The translations under genes were made by a program, and so were the position numbers. The notes beneath the pieces were generated by a model. That model was not told the DNA's origin and did not search any database. It saw only the letters and a list, made by a program, of their open reading frames with translations. Below, piece by piece: positions 55,681 through 64,000 of a DNA stretch of 64,000 nucleotides (within the stretch, counting starts at the first letter, position 1; each line of letters begins with the position of its first letter). Location of the stretch: IMG/VR virus record IMGVR_UViG_3300042402_003952. One strand, 5' to 3'. Source of the stretch: a virus (lineage: Duplodnaviria > Caudoviricetes).

Positions 55681-56547
55681 ATGGCAAAAACATTGAAGAA
55701 ACTGTGGAAGGAGTTTGTTAATGAAAGGAAAGTTTCTTTATTTCCTACATCATTAACATCAGATTACAGTCAGGTTACTAAATGGATTTCTAGGTGTCCA
55801 ATACAAGACATCAAAAAATCAAAAGAAATAATGAATTGGATTTTGAGTGAGCAACCTGTTCTTTCTTCTAGACGAGTTGCAATGTACGTCAAATCTATGT
55901 ATCGGTGGGCATCTGAAGAAGAAAATGGATATTTTAAAAGGAATCCATTACAAAATTTTAGAATGCCAAAGGCACCTCAAACTGATGAAGAAATTATAGT
56001 AATACCAAGAGATGAGATTGATATTGTAATTCAAGAATTAAGAAAGAAAAGAACCTATAAAAGTGTAAATTGGTCTTGGTATACAGAGTTCATGCTTCAA
56101 ACTGCAATGAGAACAGGTGAAGTTCGTGCTTTAATGCGGAAAGATATTAAGGAAGATAAAATTCTTGTTCATCAAAATTACACACTTACTCATGGTCTTA
56201 AAAATAGCACCAAAACAAACAAAAAACGTTGGGTTCCATTAAATAAAAAATGTCTTGATATTTTGAATAACTTACCAAATCAAAATGAATTTATTTTTCC
56301 TTGGGATAGAATTGCATTTCAAAGTTACTTCAGAAAAAAACTAAAACCTCTGTATGATAATAAAGTTATTAGTCATTTATATAGACCTTATGATTGTCGT
56401 CACACAGCAATTAGTCATTGGATAGAATCTGGAATTCCTATTCCACAAGTAGCTAATTGGGCAGGAAATACTAGTGAAATTATTTTTAAACATTATTGCA
56501 ATGTAACTCAAGATTATCAGATTCCTGAAATTAAGTATTCTAAATAA
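55681..56547 (+). CDS. tyrosine recombinase (phage integrase family)
   Basis: TAMRTGEVRAL (R), KT (K), PYDCRHT (YxxR variant), AGN..II.KHY (catalytic Y). Confidence 0.88.
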   Translation: MAKTLKKLWKEFVNERKVSLFPTSLTSDYSQVTKWISRCPIQDIKKSKEIMNWILSEQPVLSSRRVAMYVKSMYRWASEEENGYFKRNPLQNFRMPKAPQTDEEIIVIPRDEIDIVIQELRKKRTYKSVNWSWYTEFMLQTAMRTGEVRALMRKDIKEDKILVHQNYTLTHGLKNSTKTNKKRWVPLNKKCLDILNNLPNQNEFIFPWDRIAFQSYFRKKLKPLYDNKVISHLYRPYDCRHTAISHWIESGIPIPQVANWAGNTSEIIFKHYCNVTQDYQIPEIKYSK

Positions 56548-56567
56548 TTCTAAACATCAAAACTATC

Positions 56568-56870
56568 ATGACAACATATACATGGGGAATTGCAAATCTT
56601 GAAAGAGAAACTATAGATAATTATGTCTACACGGTTCATTGGACTCTAAGTGCATCAGATAATGAACATTCTTCTAGTTGCTATGGATCCATTGGACTTG
56701 AGAGACCAGAAGGAGAATTAATTCCTTTTGAAGAACTTACTCCAGAACTTGTAATTTCTTGGGTTCAAGATAAGATGACAGAAGAGCAAATTGAAACTAT
56801 GAAAACTTCACTTGAGTCTCAAATTAATGAGCAGAAGACACCATCAAAATCATCAGGTGTTCCTTGGTGA
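56568..56870 (+). CDS. fibre-associated hypothetical protein (TW.IANLERET...IPFEELT.E.V..WV)
   Basis: ORF track; terminal GVPW. Confidence 0.7.
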   Translation: MTTYTWGIANLERETIDNYVYTVHWTLSASDNEHSSSCYGSIGLERPEGELIPFEELTPELVISWVQDKMTEEQIETMKTSLESQINEQKTPSKSSGVPW

Positions 56871-56921
56871 TTGACTAAATACCACAAACCACTTATAATT
56901 CATTAGATACATAAAACAAAC

Positions 56922-57152
56922 ATGACTGATCAACAAAAACATCTTCAACAAGTTCTTGAACAACAGAATCAAGTTGTTGCTGAAATCAATAATCTAAATA
57001 ATCAACTAACTATAAAAAGAGAATTAGCACTCAAACTTCAAGGAGTTCTTGAATATCTTGAACAAACTGGAGTAACTCTTCCAACACCTGAAGAAATTGC
57101 AGAAGAAGAAAAAAAGGAAGAAGAAAACGTAGAAAGTCCAGAAAAACAATAA
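56922..57152 (+). CDS. small coiled-coil protein, paralog of 40788..40988
   Basis: See the paralog entry. Confidence 0.75.
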   Translation: MTDQQKHLQQVLEQQNQVVAEINNLNNQLTIKRELALKLQGVLEYLEQTGVTLPTPEEIAEEEKKEEENVESPEKQ

Positions 57153-57160
57153 ACGTCATT

Positions 57161-57186
57161 AAGTCTCTCTCGTAGAGACTTTTTTT
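57161..57186 (+). terminator. intrinsic terminator
   Basis: AAGTCTCT...AGAGACTT stem followed by a T run. Confidence 0.8.
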
Positions 57187-57195
57187 ATGCTTGGT

Positions 57196-57203
57196 TATAA
57201 ATA
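57196..57203 (+). promoter_or_regulatory. T4 late promoter
   Basis: TATAAATA ahead of the propeller gene cluster. Confidence 0.7.
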
Positions 57204-57232
57204 GTTAAAAGTAGGGGGAGAGTGAACCCGAC

Positions 57233-57889
57233 ATGGCTGCAGAAATTAGAGTAGATACTATTACATCTAGGAGTGGTATTAACACTCTCAGCTTTACTGG
57301 AGACGGTTTTTCTTTCCTTACTAGTGTTGGTATTGGTACTACCATCACTACAAATCCTGTAGGTGCATCAAATACATCTAAACTTGCAGTTGGTATTGTT
57401 ACTGCAAACTATTATTATGGTGATGGTTCTAGACTTACAAATATAATTTCTGGCGTAGGTATTCAATCTGGTGGAACTCTAGTTGGCACTGGATTTACTA
57501 CCATTAACTTTATTGGTGCAGGAAATACTTTCTCTACTAACGGTACAACGATTAATGTTAGTATTTCCGGTGGCGGAACTGAAATCAAAACTTTAGGTAT
57601 TACAACAACTGCTGCAGTCGGTGTTGGTTCATTCGCAACAGGAACACATCGCTCTGCTGTAGTCACTGCTCAAATTGCACAAGGAACTAATTATCAAGTT
57701 GGTCGGTATTTGATGATACACGATGGTTCAACCGTAACAGTTGTTGAGCAAGCAGCAGTATCAACGGGAAGCACAATGCTTGGATCATTTACTGGTGCTA
57801 TTAGTGGTTCAAATGCAGAATTAAGGGTTTTAATGGTTACTTCTGGAATTGCAACAGTTACGACCAAAATAGACACAGTAACTGTGTGA
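57233..57889 (+). CDS. short fibre-like structural protein
   Basis: Shares the YYGDGS.L.NIISGVGIQS.GTLVGTGFTT.NFIGAGNTF module with 50730..53264. Confidence 0.7.
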   Translation: MAAEIRVDTITSRSGINTLSFTGDGFSFLTSVGIGTTITTNPVGASNTSKLAVGIVTANYYYGDGSRLTNIISGVGIQSGGTLVGTGFTTINFIGAGNTFSTNGTTINVSISGGGTEIKTLGITTTAAVGVGSFATGTHRSAVVTAQIAQGTNYQVGRYLMIHDGSTVTVVEQAAVSTGSTMLGSFTGAISGSNAELRVLMVTSGIATVTTKIDTVTV

Positions 57890-57900
57890 GGTAAACTAAT

Positions 57901-59322
57901 ATGCCTGCTTTTAAAATTGGTTTTGGTTCAGACTTTACACTTGCCAATCAGTTAGTTGGTATTGGTACAACTACTGCTAGAAGAAAATTAGAAGTTGATG
58001 GTGTTCTCAAAGGAGACTTTAATGTTTCTGGAGTATCAACACTCACGGTTTATGGTGGATTTGCATCACAGAAACAAAATGTATCTGTCGCATCAACAAC
58101 TGGTTTCAGCACATCAGGTGTTGGAACATTCGTTCAAGTTACTGAAAGTGAAACTGGATACTTAAGTCTTGTAGGAGAATATAATACAGTATCAGAAGAT
58201 ATTATTGTAGATGAAGGAAGAATCTTTGAAGTTTCTGTTGGTTCTACAGTCAGTCCTGGAACATTAGAAAGTGTAAGTATTCAGTCGCACTTCAGTGTTC
58301 CAAATGGTGGTATTAGTAGCAGACCAAACCAACCAACAGAAGGAATGGTAAGATTTAATGATGACCTGAATACACTTGAGTTTTATAATGGAATTGAGTG
58401 GAGACAATTTACAGTCTCTGGTGCAAGTGGTCGTGGTGTTTTTGGTGGTGGTGTTGGAGATGGAGCATCTAATGTTAGTGTGATTGATTCTATACAAATT
58501 TCAACTCAAGGAAATGCAGTAAATTTTGGAAATGCATCAACAATATTTCAGCGATGTTCTGCAGTTTCATCTTCTATTAGAGGCGCATTTAATATTGGAC
58601 AAACTCCAGCAATTGTTAATAATATTGAATATATAACAATTGCGTCCGAAAGTAATTCCATTGATTTTGGAGATTTGACAATAACGAGATTGGGTTCTGC
58701 ATCATTTTCTTCATCCACTCGCGGAATTTTTGCTGGAGGATTTAATCCGGCACCTGGTGGTTCAGATTCAAATGTAATAGACTATATTCAAATTTCTACA
58801 TTGGGAAATGCATTAGATTTTGGAGATGCTTCTATAGGAAGACATGTTGCATCTGGTTGTTCTTCATCAACTCGCGGAGTATTTGCTGGGGGAAATGTAT
58901 CTCCCACTGTTACTGCAAGTATTGAATTTTTAACAATTTCATCTACGGGAAATTCTGTAAATTTTGGAAATTTAAACAGCATATCTAGAGATAAAGGAAG
59001 TTGTTCTAATTCTATTAGAGGTTTATTTGCTGGAGGAAGAGTACCTGCATTTATAAATTCGATAGATTATATTACATTTTCCTCTGTAGGAAACGCACAA
59101 GATTTTGGAGACTTAACTGCACAAAAATGGGGAACTTTTGGTGCTTCCAATTCTATAAGAGGTGTATTTGCGGGTGGTTATGTTACTCCAAGTCATAATA
59201 ATTCAATTGATTTTATTTCTATAAATTCATTTGGGAATGCACAAGACTTTGGTGATTTAACTGTTGCTCGTTATTCTGGATTTGGTCTATCAGACTCTCA
59301 CGGTGGTCTAGGAGGTTTCTAA
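57901..59322 (+). CDS. virion protein with six ~47-aa Kelch-like beta-propeller repeats (paralog 1)
   Basis: GNA.DFGDLT...SS.RG.FAGG...IDYI.I repeats; ends SDSHGGLGGF. Confidence 0.75.
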   Translation: MPAFKIGFGSDFTLANQLVGIGTTTARRKLEVDGVLKGDFNVSGVSTLTVYGGFASQKQNVSVASTTGFSTSGVGTFVQVTESETGYLSLVGEYNTVSEDIIVDEGRIFEVSVGSTVSPGTLESVSIQSHFSVPNGGISSRPNQPTEGMVRFNDDLNTLEFYNGIEWRQFTVSGASGRGVFGGGVGDGASNVSVIDSIQISTQGNAVNFGNASTIFQRCSAVSSSIRGAFNIGQTPAIVNNIEYITIASESNSIDFGDLTITRLGSASFSSSTRGIFAGGFNPAPGGSDSNVIDYIQISTLGNALDFGDASIGRHVASGCSSSTRGVFAGGNVSPTVTASIEFLTISSTGNSVNFGNLNSISRDKGSCSNSIRGLFAGGRVPAFINSIDYITFSSVGNAQDFGDLTAQKWGTFGASNSIRGVFAGGYVTPSHNNSIDFISINSFGNAQDFGDLTVARYSGFGLSDSHGGLGGF

Positions 59323-59323
59323 A

Positions 59324-60706
59324 ATGCCAACAAATCGTTTTCAATTCTCCGATGATTTTGTTCTCAACAACGGTAATGTTGGTATAAACTCATCATCACC
59401 ACAAGAAAAATTAGATGTTGTTGGTGTTGTAAAAGGACAAGACCTTAAAGTTACTGGAGTTTCATCTTTCACAACTTATGAAGGTTTTCTGAATTCCAAT
59501 CAGAACATCATTGAAAATGTATCAATATCTAATGGTTCAGAGAGTGGTTCATTATCTGGTGAGATTATTGTAGGAACTGGAATCACAGTATCAGTTTCAT
59601 CAGGGACAACAAGTTCTCAAGGTTATATTGATAGTCTGAAAGTTTATAATACTTTTACTGTACCGACTGGTGGAACTGTTGATAGACCATCAAAGTCAAC
59701 ACCAGGACAGTTGTTTTATAATAAAGACTTTAAGACGATTGAGTTCTGGGATGGTAATGTATGGAGACAGGTTGATAATACGACGCAGAGTGGAAGAGGT
59801 GTTTTTGGTGGTGGATTTGTTGGACCAAATTATGTTTATACAATGAACTATGTGAATATTGCATCCACCGGAAACGCAATTAACTTTGGTAGTATGCAAG
59901 CAGTTAATTACAATTATGCTTCTTGCTCTTCTTCAGATAGAGGGTTATTTGCTGGCGGCGGTAATTATCCATCAGCAGCAGTAACAAATACAATAGAATA
60001 CATTACAATTGCATCAGAAGGAAATTCTATTGACTTTGGAGACCTTTCATCTGGTGGAGCAAGAGTAAGTGCGGGTGGATGTTCTTCATCAACTCGTGGA
60101 GTATTTGCCGGTGGTTATGGTCCATCACCATTTCCAAATACAAATATTATTGATTATATTCAGATACAAACACTTGGAAATGCACTAGATTTCGGAGACC
60201 TAACGACTCCTACATCTGGTTCTGGTGGGTGTTCTTCATCAACCAGAGGATTATTTTCTGGATTTTTAAATCCTGGAGGATTAATTGTATCAACAATAAA
60301 TGCAATTACAATTTCATCCACTGGAAATGCTGTTACTTTTGGAAATTTAACTTCTGCTTTATTTGAAAATAGTGGTTTATCTAACCAAACTCGCGGAATA
60401 TTTGCGGGTGGTAGAGCACAACCAGGAAGCACGGCAGTATCTAATACTATAGACTATGTTACAATTTCCACATTTGGTAATGCATCATACTTTGGTGATT
60501 TGACCACAAGAAGAAGTTATTTAAGTTCCACATCAAATTCGATTCGCGGTTTATTTGGTGGTGGATATACACCAACTGCAACAAATGTAATTGATTTTAT
60601 AACAATTTCTGCGACAGGAAATGCACAAGACTTTGGTGATTTAACTTCTGGGAGATATGGAGTATCTGCATTATCAGACTCTCACGGTGGTCTTGGTGGT
60701 TTCTAA
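59324..60706 (+). CDS. beta-propeller repeat virion protein (paralog 2)
   Basis: Same repeat; ends SDSHGGLGGF. Confidence 0.75.
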   Translation: MPTNRFQFSDDFVLNNGNVGINSSSPQEKLDVVGVVKGQDLKVTGVSSFTTYEGFLNSNQNIIENVSISNGSESGSLSGEIIVGTGITVSVSSGTTSSQGYIDSLKVYNTFTVPTGGTVDRPSKSTPGQLFYNKDFKTIEFWDGNVWRQVDNTTQSGRGVFGGGFVGPNYVYTMNYVNIASTGNAINFGSMQAVNYNYASCSSSDRGLFAGGGNYPSAAVTNTIEYITIASEGNSIDFGDLSSGGARVSAGGCSSSTRGVFAGGYGPSPFPNTNIIDYIQIQTLGNALDFGDLTTPTSGSGGCSSSTRGLFSGFLNPGGLIVSTINAITISSTGNAVTFGNLTSALFENSGLSNQTRGIFAGGRAQPGSTAVSNTIDYVTISTFGNASYFGDLTTRRSYLSSTSNSIRGLFGGGYTPTATNVIDFITISATGNAQDFGDLTSGRYGVSALSDSHGGLGGF

Positions 60707-60736
60707 TGTCCAATAAATACTTAAAAGCACTATAAT

Positions 60737-62116
60737 ATGCCTAGCATCAGAATTGGTTTCTCAACTGATTTTAATTTAACCAGCGAACAGGTTGGAATCG
60801 GAACAACACTTCCATCTGCTCGTTTGGATGTTGCTGGTCAAATTCTTTCAGACAATTCATCAGGTAGTGGTGGTCTTTCTACTATCACCAGATATGATGG
60901 ATTTTTAGATTCAGAGCAAAGACTTTCAGATAATGTTTCAATTGGTCAAACATCAAAAGGCAATCTAAACTCTCTATCAGGTGAGATTGTAATTGAAAAT
61001 GAAATTACAGTCATTGATGGTACTCCACTTACAGGAGGACGATTAGATAGTCTTACAGTAACTGGTAAGTTTGATTTACCTCACGGTGGAACAGAAGATA
61101 GAGAAGATACACCAGAGAAAGGAAGCACAAGATTTAACCAGGATTTAGGACAACTGGAGTTTTATACTGGAACTGAATGGAGAACTGTTGGATCTTATGA
61201 TGGAAGTGGAAGGGGGAGAGGTGTTATAGCAGGGGGAGTAAATGGTGCAGGTGCCGCTGGAGTTTATTCGGATATTGAATACTTGAATATTCAATCTCTA
61301 GGAAATACTCAAAGTTTTGGTGATTTAACAGTTAATAAATATTCTGGTGCCTCAATGTCTTCATCTACAAGAGGAGTATTTGCTGGAGGATGGGCGGCTC
61401 CAGTAAATAGCTATGATATTGAATATATTACTATTGCAAGTGGAGGAAATGCAATAGACTGGACTCAAAATAATACTGGCGGATGGGGTGCTATGGGAGC
61501 ATCAAGTTCTACCAGAGGATTGAGTGCTGGTGGAGATTATCCAACAGCAACAACAACTATTGATAGTATTCAATTTTCTACGATTGGGTCAAAAGAGGAT
61601 TGGGGAGATATAACTGCTTTAAGAGGAAGAGGAACTGCGGGTTGTAACTCACCAACTCGTGCAATATTTTTTGGCGGATATGCTACTCCAGTACAAACAA
61701 GTAATATTGAATTTAAACAGACTGCATCAAATTCAAATACAGTATTTTTTGGAGATTTGTTGAATCTAACTAGCCTTACTGGTGGTGGTGGAAATTCTGT
61801 AAGAGGAATTATTTGTGGCGGACTTCAAAGAACACCAGCAACATATCATAAAATTATACAATATGTAACTATTGCAACCACTGGTAATGCTCAATACTTT
61901 GGGGATTTGAGTGATACTAAATCGGGGTCATTTAGTGTTTCTGATCAAATACGAAATGTAAATTTTGGTGGTTATAATGGTTCATCGTATACAAATACTA
62001 TTGAATATATTACTATTGCAACTGCAGGAAATACTCAAGACTTTGGTGATTTATCAATATCAGGATATGAACAAATGGGTATTTCAGACTCTCACGGTGG
62101 TCTAGGAGGTTTCTAA
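60737..62116 (+). CDS. beta-propeller repeat virion protein (paralog 3)
   Basis: Same repeat; ends SDSHGGLGGF. Confidence 0.75.
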   Translation: MPSIRIGFSTDFNLTSEQVGIGTTLPSARLDVAGQILSDNSSGSGGLSTITRYDGFLDSEQRLSDNVSIGQTSKGNLNSLSGEIVIENEITVIDGTPLTGGRLDSLTVTGKFDLPHGGTEDREDTPEKGSTRFNQDLGQLEFYTGTEWRTVGSYDGSGRGRGVIAGGVNGAGAAGVYSDIEYLNIQSLGNTQSFGDLTVNKYSGASMSSSTRGVFAGGWAAPVNSYDIEYITIASGGNAIDWTQNNTGGWGAMGASSSTRGLSAGGDYPTATTTIDSIQFSTIGSKEDWGDITALRGRGTAGCNSPTRAIFFGGYATPVQTSNIEFKQTASNSNTVFFGDLLNLTSLTGGGGNSVRGIICGGLQRTPATYHKIIQYVTIATTGNAQYFGDLSDTKSGSFSVSDQIRNVNFGGYNGSSYTNTIEYITIATAGNTQDFGDLSISGYEQMGISDSHGGLGGF

Positions 62117-62117
62117 T

Positions 62118-63767
62118 ATGGCAAACTTAAGAGCAAACAATGTCTGTGGAACTGACGGAAGAAACGCAATCACTGGGTCTGTTGAGTTTGATGGCAATGA
62201 CTACTTAACAGAAACATCAGGTGCAGGTGGATTTAATGCATCGGAAGGAGACTGGACTATAGAAGCATGGATGTATTGCAATGATGCTTCTCAACCAGAC
62301 ATATTAGTTAATGGAACAACTTCATCTAGTGATAGATTTTATATTCAGTTTATAGGACAGACAATTTATATTGGAGATAATACTAATAATATTATAGCAA
62401 TTGGTGGAGTAAAACAAGTAAACAGTTGGTTTCATATTACAGTAACAAAAAATTCTTCAACATATAGAGCATTTATAAATGGTATTCAAATAGGTTCTTC
62501 TACAACTCCTTTAGCAAATTATAATTTAGATTCTTTGACAGTAGGTTATAGAGGAAGTCAAGGATATTATACAAAAGGTTTTATATCTAACCTTCGTATT
62601 ATCAAAGGTACTGCACTCTACACACAAAACTTCATACCACCGACAAGAAAACTCATAAGACTTCCAGGTACTGTTCTCTTATGTTGCCAAGATAATGCTA
62701 GTGTTACAACAGAAGCAACAGGAAAGACGATTACTGCAAATGGAAATCCAGCAGCAAGAAGATTCGTTCCACAAGTCGGTTCTGATGGTGGTTTAGTTTT
62801 TGATGGAACCACAAAGATAAACACACAAAACTACTTCTATCTTCCAACAGGAACGACAGAGCAACAGTTTCCAAACTTTGCTGGTGTTGATGCTGCAAGT
62901 GCTCGTGGAATTTTTGCGGGTGGATTTGCTACACCAGCAAATTATAATACTGTTGATTATATAACGATTGAATCTACAGGAAATGCTTTTGACTTTGGAG
63001 ATTTAACACAAACAAGAGGATATCTTTCTGCTTGTTCGTCGCCAACTCGTGGTGTTTTAGGTGGTGGTTATGTTGGAGCAACTGTAAACACAATTGATTA
63101 TGTAACTATTGCGTCAACAGGTGATGCAAAAGATTTTGGAGATTTGTTTACGGGAAGATATGGTTCTGGTGCTTGCTCTTCATCAACTCGTGGAATTTTT
63201 GGTGCTGGATATTTTACACCATCTATAGTAAACTCAATAAATTATATAACGATTGCATCCACAGGAAATGCAAATGACTTTGGAGATTTAACTGAATCTA
63301 GAGGATATATTGGATCTTGTTCGTCAAATACTCGTGGATTGTTTGGTGGAGGCAATCCTATTGTTAATACAATAGACTTTATTACTATATCAACAACTGG
63401 AAATGCACAAGACTTTGGAGATCTCACAAATGCAAAATCTGCACTTTCTGCTTGTTCCTCTTCAACTCGTGGAGTATTTGGTGGAGGTTCTACTCCAACA
63501 TTTTTAAATACAATTGATTATGTAACAATTGCATCCACAGGAAATGCACAAGATTTTGGAGATTTAACCACAACAAAATCTTTTAATTCTGCGTGTTCTT
63601 CAAATACTCGTGGAGTATTTGGTGGAGGTCAAAACCCATCTGGATTTACAAATGAAATTGAATATATCACTATATTAACACAAGGAAATGCACAAGATTT
63701 TGGTGATTTAACAGTAGTAAGACAAGCAACTGGTGCTTGCTCCAACGGTCACGGTGGTCTTGGATAA
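62118..63767 (+). CDS. LamG-like plus beta-propeller repeat virion protein (paralog 4)
   Basis: GSVEFDG, DWTIEAW, GFISNLRIIKG LamG-like domain, then the most regular propeller repeats. Confidence 0.75.
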   Translation: MANLRANNVCGTDGRNAITGSVEFDGNDYLTETSGAGGFNASEGDWTIEAWMYCNDASQPDILVNGTTSSSDRFYIQFIGQTIYIGDNTNNIIAIGGVKQVNSWFHITVTKNSSTYRAFINGIQIGSSTTPLANYNLDSLTVGYRGSQGYYTKGFISNLRIIKGTALYTQNFIPPTRKLIRLPGTVLLCCQDNASVTTEATGKTITANGNPAARRFVPQVGSDGGLVFDGTTKINTQNYFYLPTGTTEQQFPNFAGVDAASARGIFAGGFATPANYNTVDYITIESTGNAFDFGDLTQTRGYLSACSSPTRGVLGGGYVGATVNTIDYVTIASTGDAKDFGDLFTGRYGSGACSSSTRGIFGAGYFTPSIVNSINYITIASTGNANDFGDLTESRGYIGSCSSNTRGLFGGGNPIVNTIDFITISTTGNAQDFGDLTNAKSALSACSSSTRGVFGGGSTPTFLNTIDYVTIASTGNAQDFGDLTTTKSFNSACSSNTRGVFGGGQNPSGFTNEIEYITILTQGNAQDFGDLTVVRQATGACSNGHGGLG

Positions 63768-63789
63768 ATACTGATAGAGGTATAAGAAT

Positions 63790-64000
63790 ATGTCCGCAAT
63801 TCCATCAGGTGCAATGAGATTTAACTCCGACTCACAGAAGTTGGAGTATTGGGATGGTTCGCAGTGGGTTCAGGTCAGCACATTCTCTCCAAACCTGAAT
63901 GGTGGTGCTCGTGGTGTTTTTGGTGGTGGTTATACACCAACATCTATTAATACCATTGAATACATAACAATCTCATCTACTGGAAACACAACTGATTTTG
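63790..64000 (+). CDS. beta-propeller repeat protein (paralog 5), truncated by window end
   Basis: MSAIPSGAMRFNSDSQKLEYWDG...ARGVFGGG; open to the window end. Confidence 0.75.
   Translation, partial: MSAIPSGAMRFNSDSQKLEYWDGSQWVQVSTFSPNLNGGARGVFGGGYTPTSINTIEYITISSTGNTTDF

Larger units (their letters stand above)
59290..62116 (+). repeat. 33-nt 3'-terminal repeat shared by propeller genes (59290-59322, 60674-60706, 62084-62116)
   Basis: TCAGACTCTCACGGTGGTCTAGGAGGTTTCTAA: two identical copies and one with 2 mismatches. Confidence 0.85.

Noticed and set aside
36533-64000. Diversity-generating retroelement or invertible shufflon in the fibre region
   Set aside because: No reverse transcriptase, no adenine-specific TR/VR pair, and no inverted gene fragments or paired crossover sites were seen.
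57901-64000. Propeller repeats as a CRISPR-like array
   Set aside because: The repeats are in-frame coding units with ~141-nt period and synonymous variation.

Overview
A 64-kb, AT-rich segment of a T4-like cyanomyovirus genome, probably from a freshwater picocyanobacterial host (inference from gene content). From left to right it holds: a photosynthesis and carbon-metabolism block (psbA split by three group I introns, an EndoVII/F-CphI-like homing endonuclease, psbD, talC, gnd, glutaredoxin, speD); a tandem glutamine riboswitch ahead of a DUF4278 peptide; a replication and transcription block (thyX, phoH, exonuclease, gp33, gp59, gp32); a baseplate and tail block (gp53, gp48, gp2-like, gp4, tube-like gene, gp26, gp51, two tape-measure-like paralogs, hub, cp12, gp5); tRNA-Leu(UAA) carrying a group I intron, tRNA-Thr(UGU) and a Mom-like DNA modification gene; and a ~28-kb tail-fibre region with GC-rich mosaic patches, a tyrosine recombinase and at least five tandem beta-propeller paralogs. 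The leads most worth testing are: (1) a short tyrosine recombinase preceded by an 11-7-11 inverted-arm core site at the edge of a GC-rich fibre-tip module; (2) a T TTT TTC slippery site that would fuse gp26 to gp51 by a -1 frameshift, as in tail-assembly chaperones; (3) two free-standing GIY-YIG genes that each left a duplicated end of their host gene (gp59 start, gp51 end); (4) a hairpin enclosing a late promoter ahead of three unrelated endonucleases; (5) a phage tRNA-Leu(UAA) with a trnL-type intron and a short variable loop. All coordinates were read by eye and no database searches were run.
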